A stretch of DNA of 64,000 nucleotides from a virus, in the IMG/VR virus record IMGVR_UViG_3300008262_000231, positions 34,724 to 98,723 of that record; one strand, 5' to 3'. Both the position numbers and the translations under genes were made by a program. The first letter of the stretch is position 1; each line of letters begins with the position of its first letter. Below the pieces are notes generated by a model that saw only the letters and a program-made list of their open reading frames with translations, did not search any database and was not told the origin of the DNA. Positions 48,029 to 57,526 of this stretch are shown in pieces.

Positions 48029-48870
48029 AAAAAATTAGTGAAACCTTAGAATCTGTTTATAAAATAGTTTCTAATAGATTAGTTCTTATAGGAGTAATAG
48101 TTCTTCTTATATTTTTATCTATAAGGCAGTGCGAAAGAGCAAACGGGGCTGAAGCAGATTCTAAAAGACAACATAACAATTATCTTGCTATGCAGGATTC
48201 TGTTAGAATCATAAAGAAAGAAAAAGATCTCCTTGTAGTAGAAAAATCTGCAATGGAAATGAAAGTTTCTGAATTGACCGAGGATCAAAAAGAGCTAATA
48301 AGAAAATTAGGTTTAAAGGATAACGGGAAAGGAACAACCCCTTCCGTTGTAGTTAGAACCGAAGTGGTTTATGTAGATAGATTTATAAACGTTCCAACTA
48401 AGGTAGAAAAAGATAAAGACGGGAAAGAATTTATATCTTTTACTCATTCCCCTAAAATGAAAGGGAATAATAGTTTAACTATATCGGGGAAAATACCCTA
48501 CACTTTGGATATAATAAAGAGTACAGAAAAAGAGGATTTAGTTTTTACTAAATTGAATACCAGTCCTGCTGAACTCGACATAAAACAAAATATAGAAATA
48601 ACTACTGGAATTTATAGGGATCCTGAAACAAAAAGGTTAATGACTAGAGTAGCTACAGAATATCCGGGAATAGAATTTAAGGATGTTAATTCCTTTACTA
48701 TATTGGATACTAAAGAAAATAGGGATGCTTTGAAAGCAGCAAGAAAACCTTACGGAATAGGAGTTAATTTCGGAATAGGCCTAGCAGCAAACCAAAAAGG
48801 AATAGGACCGGGTATTTACCTTGGGATTGGTCTTCAATACTCTCCTAAATTCTTACAATTCGGAAAATAA
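48025..48870 (+). CDS. membrane-anchored coiled-coil protein, spanin-like candidate (start reassigned to 48025)
   Basis: N-terminal TM LVLIGVIVLLIFLSI, coiled coil, C-terminal amphipathic Gly-rich beta hairpin; ATGA overlap with upstream gene. Confidence 0.5.
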   Translation: MKKISETLESVYKIVSNRLVLIGVIVLLIFLSIRQCERANGAEADSKRQHNNYLAMQDSVRIIKKEKDLLVVEKSAMEMKVSELTEDQKELIRKLGLKDNGKGTTPSVVVRTEVVYVDRFINVPTKVEKDKDGKEFISFTHSPKMKGNNSLTISGKIPYTLDIIKSTEKEDLVFTKLNTSPAELDIKQNIEITTGIYRDPETKRLMTRVATEYPGIEFKDVNSFTILDTKENRDALKAARKPYGIGVNFGIGLAANQKGIGPGIYLGIGLQYSPKFLQFGK

Positions 48871-48872
48871 AT

Positions 48873-51251
48873 ATGTCTTTTAGCTATACATCTAAATTCT
48901 TCCAGCTGACATCATACCTATTGATGGAATATCGATATGCAGATCAGCCAAATCCAGAAACGTACTTCACAAATACCGGTCCAAATACGGTAACCTACGA
49001 TAAATTGGTGAATGGATTCATTAGTGATTCTATCCAGATATTTAATCCAGTTGTGGATTCTGCTATAACAAATAACACAACAGAGACTAGTGTTGTTAAA
49101 ATATCCGAGACATCTTATGTTACTTTAGATTCGAATTTAATAGTTCCTTTTAATGATTTTGCGGACGAATTAACAAATACAGCAAATTTACCGGTTACAT
49201 TTCCTTCTAACCTTTCGGTAGTTTACGATAGTGTTAGATATCATATAAGAGCAGGATACAATCTAAACAATATAGACGGACTTATTGCTTGTATAGAATT
49301 CCCTGATCAAAATGGGAAATATGTAACAATGTCTCAGGTTCTTATTAGAAAGGGAACAAATCAAGAATATGAATTTAGTCCTAGCCCTATATCCATAGGT
49401 TCTGCTATATACGATAAGTATTTGGAAATTAAGATACCGAATCTAAAAGATATGAACGACAAATATCTTGCAGCTTCGGACTTTTTTAAACCGAGCACTT
49501 TAGCAGGTTTGATAAGTCAAAGCGGAAAAGGGTTTATATATGGAGCTCCTTTAAGAGTTTCTATAAATGAGGTTCAAAATATAAACACATATAACGGATA
49601 CGAAAGGTATAACACTGCAAGATTAGCTACATTATCTTTAGAGCAAGAAGATCCTTTTTCTAATATAGGGTCCATAATAAAGGAATCTGACCAAGGACAG
49701 TTTTTTGAATATTATGCTACTGACAATGAAGGGTTTATAGAAGATTTTATACTTTTTCAGAATTCTATAGGAAATAGTTATTTCATATCACACCAAATAC
49801 AGGTAATAGAACAGATAGGAGCTTCTTTTATAGAAACTTCTAGATTCGAAAGCATACAAACCACAGCTTACGACGTTCCTAACTATTATAGACCGATAGT
49901 TAGAAATGCTGGAGTTGCTGCAAGTTTTACCCTTAGATATACTATGTCTTTGGTTAACAACAAAGATCAATCCCGAGTAATAAGAATAGGAACTTACACT
50001 TCTTCCAATCCTTCAGAATGGGGTATTACTATATCCCCTATACAGCTTTCCAACTTCCCTCAGGTTCAGAAAATATACAATAGAATATATGGACAATCGG
50101 TAGTTAATAATTCTACTAAAAGTTCTCCTGTTAAAATATTGGAAAGAACAAAATATGTTAATAGCATACTTCAACAGAATTCGGTAACTACCGTATTTAA
50201 TAATCTCACATTACCGAATGAAAATAAATCTACTACGGGGAGTTCAGAAACTACTGCATTAGGTACAGGAAAATTAACTGTAGAGGTTTCTCCTTTTGAC
50301 AATTTATATAAATTTAAATTCATAAAATCGGGATCTGATGGTTCTCCCGTAGATATAGATTTAACCTCGTATGGAATTCTTAGGATGTCTTTTCTTTTAG
50401 AAAAAGGGGAAAAATTGAATGTGAAATCATTTTCCGATAATACTATAGCAAATCCATCTAAAGGAGAAATATTATTTAAACTTGATGAATCTAATTCCTA
50501 TAGGGTATTAAATCTTAAGGACAGAAGATTTTTTATAACCTCAGGAACTGAAGATCCGGACCCTTCTAAATCTTTAAATCCCCAAAAATCGTTAGTTCCT
50601 TCGCTTAAGCCAATAAAAACATCATTAAAGCAAGGTATAAAGGGAAGAATACTAGAAAGATCCAATGCTTTAAATTCCGCAAAACAATCTTCCAATCCAG
50701 CACAGACTTTTCAAGCAAATGTTATTTATTGGGGATATTGGAAACCTTCGGGAGAACAAGATGTAGTAGTTCCAACTTCATCTTCATCTGCGATAGGATT
50801 AGAAAGTTTACCTGTTATAAAAAGACCTATAAATACTCCTCTTAGATCTCCAAATAAACCTTCTGTTAATTCATTAAATCCTGCTTCTTTACTTAATTCG
50901 GGAGCTACAGGAGGAAATATTACATCTCAAACAACTGTAGATCTTTCCTCTTTATCGGGAACAGCTTTAGATAATTCTGTGGTATCAGGGATAAAAGCAG
51001 TATTCGATACAGGCAATAGCCCAAATTCAAATCCTCTTAACCAATTTGGGATATTTAATCTCCCTTCGAGTTCTTCAGGTTCAGATTCTTCTTCCTATGT
51101 GAGTTCTCTTGTTGATCTTTATTCTAAATACCCTCAGATAACAAAAAATAAATTTTTGACATTATATACTAAGGCTACTAACAATCTAAATTCTTATTCC
51201 CCTGCATTTATATCGTCAATTAAGCTTAAACTCACCACACAATTAGATTAA
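48873..51251 (+). CDS. putative virion structural protein
   Basis: 792-aa ORF with low-complexity Ser/Pro C-terminus, in the late module. Confidence 0.6.
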   Translation: MSFSYTSKFFQLTSYLLMEYRYADQPNPETYFTNTGPNTVTYDKLVNGFISDSIQIFNPVVDSAITNNTTETSVVKISETSYVTLDSNLIVPFNDFADELTNTANLPVTFPSNLSVVYDSVRYHIRAGYNLNNIDGLIACIEFPDQNGKYVTMSQVLIRKGTNQEYEFSPSPISIGSAIYDKYLEIKIPNLKDMNDKYLAASDFFKPSTLAGLISQSGKGFIYGAPLRVSINEVQNINTYNGYERYNTARLATLSLEQEDPFSNIGSIIKESDQGQFFEYYATDNEGFIEDFILFQNSIGNSYFISHQIQVIEQIGASFIETSRFESIQTTAYDVPNYYRPIVRNAGVAASFTLRYTMSLVNNKDQSRVIRIGTYTSSNPSEWGITISPIQLSNFPQVQKIYNRIYGQSVVNNSTKSSPVKILERTKYVNSILQQNSVTTVFNNLTLPNENKSTTGSSETTALGTGKLTVEVSPFDNLYKFKFIKSGSDGSPVDIDLTSYGILRMSFLLEKGEKLNVKSFSDNTIANPSKGEILFKLDESNSYRVLNLKDRRFFITSGTEDPDPSKSLNPQKSLVPSLKPIKTSLKQGIKGRILERSNALNSAKQSSNPAQTFQANVIYWGYWKPSGEQDVVVPTSSSSAIGLESLPVIKRPINTPLRSPNKPSVNSLNPASLLNSGATGGNITSQTTVDLSSLSGTALDNSVVSGIKAVFDTGNSPNSNPLNQFGIFNLPSSSSGSDSSSYVSSLVDLYSKYPQITKNKFLTLYTKATNNLNSYSPAFISSIKLKLTTQLD

Positions 51252-51257
51252 TAGAAT

Positions 51258-51803
51258 ATGATTTTAAATCCTAGAGGAAATAGCTTTTATTTTAACTTCC
51301 CTAGAGGATTTTTTCCTCAGAGGGTAACTGAAAAGTATTTGCCGTATATAAAGAAACAACCAATTCCTTTCGATACGGTAGAGCAGTATATAAATAGTAC
51401 AATACAATCTATATCTTTTCCTAGCTTAGCTCTGGATTCTGTTGAACAGGTGAGAAAATTAGGTAAAAAGATTGCATACAAAGGATCTAATCCAGTACAA
51501 GATCTCTTCAGTAAAGAATTCTCCATCAATATGAAAATGACGGATGGATTTATGAGCTATTGGATAATGTTGGATACTATATTAGATTTTATAAATTTTG
51601 CAAATCCAGAAGTTTTTTTGATGAACCTTCCTCTAAGAATAATGGATAGCCAAGGGGATATAGTTGCTTCTGTTGTTTTCCAAGAAGTTCTATTCACCTC
51701 TTTTGGAGAAATAGAATTAAATTACACTTCAAATAATCCTCAATTCTCTGCATTTGCGGTGGGATTTAAATGCAATTATTTGGATATAAAAATGGAAATA
51801 TAA
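51258..51803 (+). CDS. tail tube terminator/completion protein (T4 gp3-like)
   Basis: IQSISFPSLAL...EFSINMKMTDGFMSYW tube-fold pattern; near uvsY/uvsW as in other T4-like phages. Confidence 0.55.
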   Translation: MILNPRGNSFYFNFPRGFFPQRVTEKYLPYIKKQPIPFDTVEQYINSTIQSISFPSLALDSVEQVRKLGKKIAYKGSNPVQDLFSKEFSINMKMTDGFMSYWIMLDTILDFINFANPEVFLMNLPLRIMDSQGDIVASVVFQEVLFTSFGEIELNYTSNNPQFSAFAVGFKCNYLDIKMEI

Positions 51804-51813
51804 AAATAAAAAA

Positions 51814-51821
51814 GATATATA
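51814..51821 (+). promoter_or_regulatory. putative late promoter GATATATA
   Basis: 17 nt before reassigned ATG 51839. Confidence 0.65.
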
Positions 51822-51838
51822 GATTAAAAATAACAACT

Positions 51839-52075
51839 ATGAAAACATTTACGGAATTAAAGGAAATTAATGAAATGAAGTACGGTCAGTCACTTTATAG
51901 TGCTAAAGACCAAATGAAAAATGCTTTAATAGCTGCTAGTGGTAACGACCAAAGAGTTCTAAACGATCTAGTAGACTGTCTTTCTGATCAACAAATGAAA
52001 GCTTGCTTTGATAAGCTATCTAAAGAGTATGGTTATACCGGTAGTGTAGGGCAAACCGAACCAGCTGATCTATAA
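51839..52075 (+). CDS. small internal-head-protein-like ORF (start reassigned from 51770)
   Basis: MKTFTELKEINE/M closely resembles the T4 internal protein capsid targeting sequence. Confidence 0.65.
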   Translation: MKTFTELKEINEMKYGQSLYSAKDQMKNALIAASGNDQRVLNDLVDCLSDQQMKACFDKLSKEYGYTGSVGQTEPADL

Positions 52076-52084
52076 TACAATTTT

Positions 52085-52741
52085 ATGAATCTAGTTGGGA
52101 TAGATTTTTCGATCAATTCCCCTTCTTTTTGCTGTCTTAAAGGCGATAAGTATGTATGGGGATCTTTGACGAGATCAGATAGAACGGAAGAATCTCTTAA
52201 AAAGAATTCTAAAAAACCATTTGCCATTCTTGGTGAAATGGAAAATTTAAGATTTATTTTCCTGGACAAAAAAGAACTTCCCTCAGAATATTCTGAGAGG
52301 GAAAGAATAAAAATAGAATATTTTTTAGAAATAGTTGATAATCTATGGGAAGCAATTTCTAATGAGATGGGGGATGAACCATTTAAAGTAGCTATGGAAG
52401 GACTTAGCTTTTCTTCAAATGGAAATTCTCTTGTTGATATAGCAATGGCTACTGCTCTACTAAGAGAAAGAATCATCAATAAAATAGGAGTGGAAAATTT
52501 TCATGTTTTTTCTCCCACATCAATTAAAAAGTTTGCAGTAAAGGGAAATGCCAAAAAGGATGAGCTTTACCATGCTTTAGTTGATTTAAAAGAGGGCGGA
52601 ACTAATATGAATGAATTGACCCAAATACTGGAAGAAAACCAGGAGGAGTGGATTACCCCGAAAAAGGTAGTAAATAAGCCAGTGGATGATATAGTAGATG
52701 CAACGTGGATACTATTATTTTTGAAAAATAATTTAAAATAA
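52085..52741 (+). CDS. RuvC-like Holliday junction resolvase/nuclease
   Basis: LVGIDFS, VAMEG, PTSIKKFA.KGNAKK and DDIVDA acidic RNase H-fold motifs. Confidence 0.8.
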   Translation: MNLVGIDFSINSPSFCCLKGDKYVWGSLTRSDRTEESLKKNSKKPFAILGEMENLRFIFLDKKELPSEYSERERIKIEYFLEIVDNLWEAISNEMGDEPFKVAMEGLSFSSNGNSLVDIAMATALLRERIINKIGVENFHVFSPTSIKKFAVKGNAKKDELYHALVDLKEGGTNMNELTQILEENQEEWITPKKVVNKPVDDIVDATWILLFLKNNLK

Positions 52742-52744
52742 TCG

Positions 52745-52773
52745 GGAATATTTTCTCGATGCTAGTGTATAAT
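52745..52773 (+). promoter_or_regulatory. putative bipartite promoter GGAAT-N18-TATAAT upstream of gp32-like gene
   Basis: Same spacing as other instances; overlaps a small hairpin at 52741-52760. Confidence 0.5.
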
Positions 52774-52806
52774 TTGTGTTAATTTAAAATTTAAAAAAAA
52801 GTAATT

Positions 52807-53826
52807 ATGGAAAATTTGGACATTTTTAATTTGAGTGCAGATTCTTTGGTAACCAAAGTAAATGCAAAATCTGAAAAGGATTTGGAATTTTATAAGCCTT
52901 ATCCTGAAAACGGAAAAGATGGAGTTTATAAATCTCTAATTCGTTTCGTACCTAATCCGGTAGATCCGGCTAAATCTAAAATCCACAAGTATTATGTTTA
53001 TTTGAATGATCCAGTTTCTGGAGAATCATTCTCTGTAGACTGTCCTTCGACTGTGGGTAAAAAATCTATCGTAAAAGACCTTTTCTGGAAACTTAAAAAT
53101 TCTCATTCTGCAGCAGATCAAGAATTAGCTAAGTCTTTCTCTAGAAAAGAAGATTTTTACGCTTTGATTCAAATCGTTCAGGATAAAAATTCACCTGAAT
53201 TAGAAGGAAAGATTATGATCTTTAAGTTTGGTAAAAAACTTAATGACATGATCGAAGCACAATTAAAGCCTGAATATGGCGATGCTTCAAATCCATTTGA
53301 TTTATTCAATGGTAGAGAATTTGCTATCCAGGTAAGAAAAGTAGGTGAGTGGAATAACTACGATCTTTGTTCTTTTGTTGGAAATCCATCCCCTATTAAA
53401 ATTGAAGGGATTCCTATGCAAAGAAGCGAAGGAGATATGAAAAAAATTGTAGATTATCTTAACAATGGCCCTAAGAATTTATCTTCTTTCGATTATAAAG
53501 ATTGGGACGATTCTACAACACAAAGAGTTATGTCAGTAATTAGAAATTCTGTTCCTGAAGGAAGATTGGTTAATGAGGTTATCGGAGGAGTTTCTTCTGC
53601 GCCTAGCATACCATCTAATAATTCTTATACTTCTCCGGTTCAGTCTTATACTACACAACAGGATCCTGCACCTAGAGCTCAAGCTACATCCGAACAAATC
53701 TCAGATTTTAGTTCTTTCTATAACGAAGCATCTAATACAAAATCATCTTCGGATAATACCCCAGATTCTTCCCCTAATACATCAGGAGGAATTTCTTCAC
53801 TAGATGATCTTTACGCAGATCTTTAA
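52807..53826 (+). CDS. single-stranded DNA-binding protein (T4 gp32-like)
   Basis: LIRFVP, PELEGKIMIFKFGKKLNDMI, NPFDLFNGREF...KVGEWNNYD, acidic tail LDDLYADL. Confidence 0.9.
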   Translation: MENLDIFNLSADSLVTKVNAKSEKDLEFYKPYPENGKDGVYKSLIRFVPNPVDPAKSKIHKYYVYLNDPVSGESFSVDCPSTVGKKSIVKDLFWKLKNSHSAADQELAKSFSRKEDFYALIQIVQDKNSPELEGKIMIFKFGKKLNDMIEAQLKPEYGDASNPFDLFNGREFAIQVRKVGEWNNYDLCSFVGNPSPIKIEGIPMQRSEGDMKKIVDYLNNGPKNLSSFDYKDWDDSTTQRVMSVIRNSVPEGRLVNEVIGGVSSAPSIPSNNSYTSPVQSYTTQQDPAPRAQATSEQISDFSSFYNEASNTKSSSDNTPDSSPNTSGGISSLDDLYADL

Positions 53827-53843
53827 TAGATAAAAAATAAATC

Positions 53844-53871
53844 AAAGGCAGCTTTTTTAAGCTGCCTTTTT
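53844..53871 (+). terminator. intrinsic terminator after gp32-like gene
   Basis: AAAGGCAGCTT-TTTT-AAGCTGCCTTT perfect stem ending in a T-run. Confidence 0.85.
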
Positions 53872-53884
53872 CATCTCATTTAAA

Positions 53885-54946
53885 ATGGAAGCTTCAAGAA
53901 TTGAAGAATTAGTATCTGGTGTTTTGAGGAAAGAATTTCCAGATTTTCCTTTAAAGCAGAGTATTTCTAAATCTTTAAATAGATTTAATATATCTTGTCC
54001 CTATTGCGGGGACAGTAAAAATCCAAGAAAGAAAAGGGGAAATTTCTATTTAGACACTTTAACATATAAGTGTTATAACGGAGGATGTGGTGTATTTAAA
54101 GATTCTATTTCTTTTTTTAAAGATTTTGGTCTATATGGAACTTTATCCGGAGGAGAAAGAAAAGAGATATCTCAGATCTTAGATGAAAATAAAAATAAGA
54201 GAAATAACTCCTACGGAAAAATAGATTTTTCTTATTTTATAGATAATGATTTTAGCTCAGTCCTTATAGATAGAAATGATTTTTGCCAATCTTTGAATCT
54301 TGTAAATGTCTGGGATTCTAAAATCCTAGTTTATGTAAAAAGAAGACACCAAGCACCAGATTCTAAATTTGCTTGGGATCCTAAAAAAGAAAGACTATTT
54401 CTTTTCAATTTAACCCCGGATAATAAAATAATGGGTTTACAAATTCGAAATATGAATTCTATAAAAGGATCTTCTAAATACCTTACATATAGACTAAGTG
54501 GAATTTATTCTAAACTTTTAGGAATAAATGACGAATCTGTTATCGAAAAAGCTCAAAGAGTAGATCCGGTCTCCCATGTTTTTGGTCTAGGTACTTTAGA
54601 CTTTGGGAAAGATATTACCGTATTTGAAGGACCTATGGATTCTTGGCTTTGGGGAAATTCGGTAGGACTTTGCTCAATAGAAAATAGATTTCCCTTTGGT
54701 GTTAATAATCTAAGATACTGGTATGACTGGGATACCGCAGGAATAAATAAATCCATGGAACTTCTGGGTGAAGGGAAAATGGTATTTAACTGGGGAAAAT
54801 TTCTAGAAGAACATGAAATAACAAAGAATAAAAAATGGGATCTTAATGATTTAGTAATACATTTAAGATCTTCAGGAAAGAAGATAAAAAGATTTGATAA
54901 TTATTTTACTAAAGATGTACTGGACCTTAGATATTTTGTCAGATAA
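53885..54946 (+). CDS. DNA primase (T4 gp61-like)
   Basis: Zn finger CPYCGDS...KRG...YKCYNGGC; TOPRIM VFEGPMDS and YDWD. Confidence 0.9.
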   Translation: MEASRIEELVSGVLRKEFPDFPLKQSISKSLNRFNISCPYCGDSKNPRKKRGNFYLDTLTYKCYNGGCGVFKDSISFFKDFGLYGTLSGGERKEISQILDENKNKRNNSYGKIDFSYFIDNDFSSVLIDRNDFCQSLNLVNVWDSKILVYVKRRHQAPDSKFAWDPKKERLFLFNLTPDNKIMGLQIRNMNSIKGSSKYLTYRLSGIYSKLLGINDESVIEKAQRVDPVSHVFGLGTLDFGKDITVFEGPMDSWLWGNSVGLCSIENRFPFGVNNLRYWYDWDTAGINKSMELLGEGKMVFNWGKFLEEHEITKNKKWDLNDLVIHLRSSGKKIKRFDNYFTKDVLDLRYFVR

Positions 54947-54956
54947 AGATCCTTCC

Positions 54957-55181
54957 ATGTTGGAGGATAAAACCCATTCTTGGGAAGAAGAGTTAATAGA
55001 AGATTCTTCCCCAAAATTAAAATTTCCTTTAAAACTAAAAGAAGATCCTTTGAAAGGAGAAACTATAGAATTTAAAGATCCTATAATAAAAGAACCAGTT
55101 CCCAAAAAGAAAGAATCAGATAAATCCTTTAAGGTTGTGGATATTGGAAAAAACAAAAAAGATAAGAAAAAATTATTTTAG
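54957..55181 (+). CDS. small hypothetical protein (start reassigned to 54957)
   Basis: Fills the gap between primase and the next gene; charged sequence. Confidence 0.5.
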   Translation: MLEDKTHSWEEELIEDSSPKLKFPLKLKEDPLKGETIEFKDPIIKEPVPKKKESDKSFKVVDIGKNKKDKKKLF

Positions 55182-55625
55182 ATGTCAGACGATAAAGTAG
55201 ATTTTAGAAAAATATTTGAACAAGAGAGATTCGAATGGAGAGAGAAAATTCAAGTAATTTCTTTACAATTAAAAGATATAAAAACTGTAGCAAATGCTCA
55301 GATAGATCTTTTTACGCAAAGACAAATCCTGTTAGAATATAGTTATAAGCTAGCTTCAATTATAGCTAAACTTAATTCTAGATACCGTTCCGAAAGAAAT
55401 AGAAAGACTAAGGATTATTCCGAAAATAGTAATTTCAGATATGGTGCAAACGAAATAAAAACACTTGTAGAAGGAGATCTTTCCGAGATAGTCGAAAAAC
55501 TAGAATTGGTAGAAGGACATAGAAAATTTATAGACCAAACAGTTCAAACCGTAGATCATATGCTCTATGGGATAAGGCAAAGAATAGCTCTTGAAGATTA
55601 TTTGAGAGGTTCTACTATTAAATAA
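55182..55625 (+). CDS. recombination mediator UvsY-like helical protein
   Basis: 147-aa all-helical protein directly upstream of UvsW; C-terminal YGIRQRIALEDYLRG. Confidence 0.55.
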   Translation: MSDDKVDFRKIFEQERFEWREKIQVISLQLKDIKTVANAQIDLFTQRQILLEYSYKLASIIAKLNSRYRSERNRKTKDYSENSNFRYGANEIKTLVEGDLSEIVEKLELVEGHRKFIDQTVQTVDHMLYGIRQRIALEDYLRGSTIK

Positions 55626-55635
55626 TATATAACCC

Positions 55636-57177
55636 ATGCTAAGATTTCAAGTTTCCGAGGATGAGCAATGGATGATTCTTTTAGATTTCGAAGATGAGGT
55701 GGAGAGGAAGCAGATCGAAATATCCTTAACTAAAAAGATCCACAATTTCTATTTCCACCCGTTAGTTAAGAAAAAAATATGGGATGGATCTATATGTTTC
55801 ATAGAAAAGAAAGGGGGATTTTGGAAAATCCCGATAGGACTTTGGAGAGAAGTTTTACAAATAGGAGAAGAGTATTCTATAAAAATAGAAATAACAGGTC
55901 TTGATAAGATAATTCTAAAGGATCTAACTTTAGAGGATTTTACCAAGTGGGTTAACGATTTTTTCGAGGGAGGAATAGGGGGAAATCCAGAAGTTATGCC
56001 AAGAGACTATCAGATAGAAACTGCTTGGAAAATAATCAAATATAGGTACTCTATAAGCGAGGTAGCTACCTCTAGTGGTAAAACCTTAATCTCTTTCATG
56101 ATACTTGCGTACCTCAAATCTATGGGACTAATACGGAAGTATCTTATGATAGTACCTACCACAAATCTAGTATTTCAGGGGAATGATGATTTTATAGACT
56201 ATGGTCTTGATAAATTAGAAGGATCGAGAATTCAACAGATAGGGGGAGGAAGTAAATTAAGAGGAGACTGCGATATTATAATAGGAACCTTTCAATCCCT
56301 AGTTAAAAAAGAAGCTGATTTTTTCGAAGATGTTGATGTAGTTTTTATTGACGAAGCTCATTACACAAATTCAAATTCAATCAAGAAGATAGTTTCTAAA
56401 TGCATGCATTCTAGATGGAGATACGGTCTAACCGGAACTTTAACAAAAAGGGGAACTGCAGATCATCTTACGATACAGCAATTCTTAGGTCCTCTTATTA
56501 TGGAGATATCCCCTAATTTTTTATTCCAGAATAATTACGCTACCCCGGTTTCGATAAAAGTTGTTATTATGGATTGGCTTGATCCTGAATATAAAGAAAA
56601 ACTTGCGGACCTAAAGACGAACACTAACAATTTGGAGGGAAATGATGTTTATAATCTAGAGAGGAAATTAGTAATTGAGAGTAAGATTAGGCTAAATTAT
56701 GTTGTAGATTTTATTTCTAAAACTTCTAAAAATTCTCTAGTTCTTTTCCAATCAGTAAAAGACGAATATGGAAAAAGCATATGGAATTTATTAAGAGAAA
56801 AAACCTCGGATAAGGAAGTATTCTATGTTGATGGTGATACCTCAGAAAATTTGAGGGAAGAATATAAATCAAGAATGGCTAAAGGTGAAAATAAGATCCT
56901 TATAGCTACATATGGGACTTTCTCCACCGGTATATCCATAAATAATCTGCATAATATATTTTTAGTGGAATCCTATAAGAGTGAGGTTCTCATAAAACAG
57001 AGCTTAGGTAGGGGAATGAGAAAGATGGAGGGAAAAGAAAGCGTTAATATAATAGATTTTGTAGACGACTTCAGTGTTTCTAAGTATCAAAACTATTTAA
57101 TGAAGCACAGCCTTGCTAGAATAGAAATATACAAAAAAGAACAATTCCCTTACAAGATATACAAAGTAAAATTATAA
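55636..57177 (+). CDS. uvsW: SF2 DNA helicase UvsW-like
   Basis: WDGSI, PRDYQ, ATSSGKT, DEAH, GLTGT, TFSTGISI, QSLGRGMR. Confidence 0.9.
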   Translation: MLRFQVSEDEQWMILLDFEDEVERKQIEISLTKKIHNFYFHPLVKKKIWDGSICFIEKKGGFWKIPIGLWREVLQIGEEYSIKIEITGLDKIILKDLTLEDFTKWVNDFFEGGIGGNPEVMPRDYQIETAWKIIKYRYSISEVATSSGKTLISFMILAYLKSMGLIRKYLMIVPTTNLVFQGNDDFIDYGLDKLEGSRIQQIGGGSKLRGDCDIIIGTFQSLVKKEADFFEDVDVVFIDEAHYTNSNSIKKIVSKCMHSRWRYGLTGTLTKRGTADHLTIQQFLGPLIMEISPNFLFQNNYATPVSIKVVIMDWLDPEYKEKLADLKTNTNNLEGNDVYNLERKLVIESKIRLNYVVDFISKTSKNSLVLFQSVKDEYGKSIWNLLREKTSDKEVFYVDGDTSENLREEYKSRMAKGENKILIATYGTFSTGISINNLHNIFLVESYKSEVLIKQSLGRGMRKMEGKESVNIIDFVDDFSVSKYQNYLMKHSLARIEIYKKEQFPYKIYKVKL

Positions 57178-57202
57178 TTTTTGAATATATAAAAATAAAA
57201 CA

Positions 57203-57526
57203 ATGATAAAAGACATAAAAGAAAACGAGCTAAGAGAATCTATAGAAAATTCCAAAAAACCAATTCTAATAGATTTTTATGCAGTTTGGTGTGGTCCTTG
57301 TAGAGCAGCAGATCCTTTAGTTAAAGAATTCTCAGAAGAGAATTCTGATTTTGTAGAATTCTATAAAGTTAATGTCGACGAGAATAGATTTATTGCTGAG
57401 GAATACGGGATAAGAAATATTCCTAGCTTTATTGTTTTAGAGAACGGGGAAGTTAAAAGTAAATTGGTTGGTTCCCCAACTAAAGAGAAATTAGAGGATC
57501 TAATTTCTGAATATAAATCAAACTAA
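57203..57526 (+). CDS. thioredoxin
   Basis: IDFYAVWCGPC active site; YGIRNIPSF. Confidence 0.95.
   Translation: MIKDIKENELRESIENSKKPILIDFYAVWCGPCRAADPLVKEFSEENSDFVEFYKVNVDENRFIAEEYGIRNIPSFIVLENGEVKSKLVGSPTKEKLEDLISEYKSN

Noticed and set aside
52085-52741. Cas12/TnpB-type RuvC effector
   Set aside because: It is a 218-aa stand-alone RuvC fold with no Zn ribbon, REC/WED region or adjacent array/ncRNA, and it sits in the gp32-primase replication cluster.
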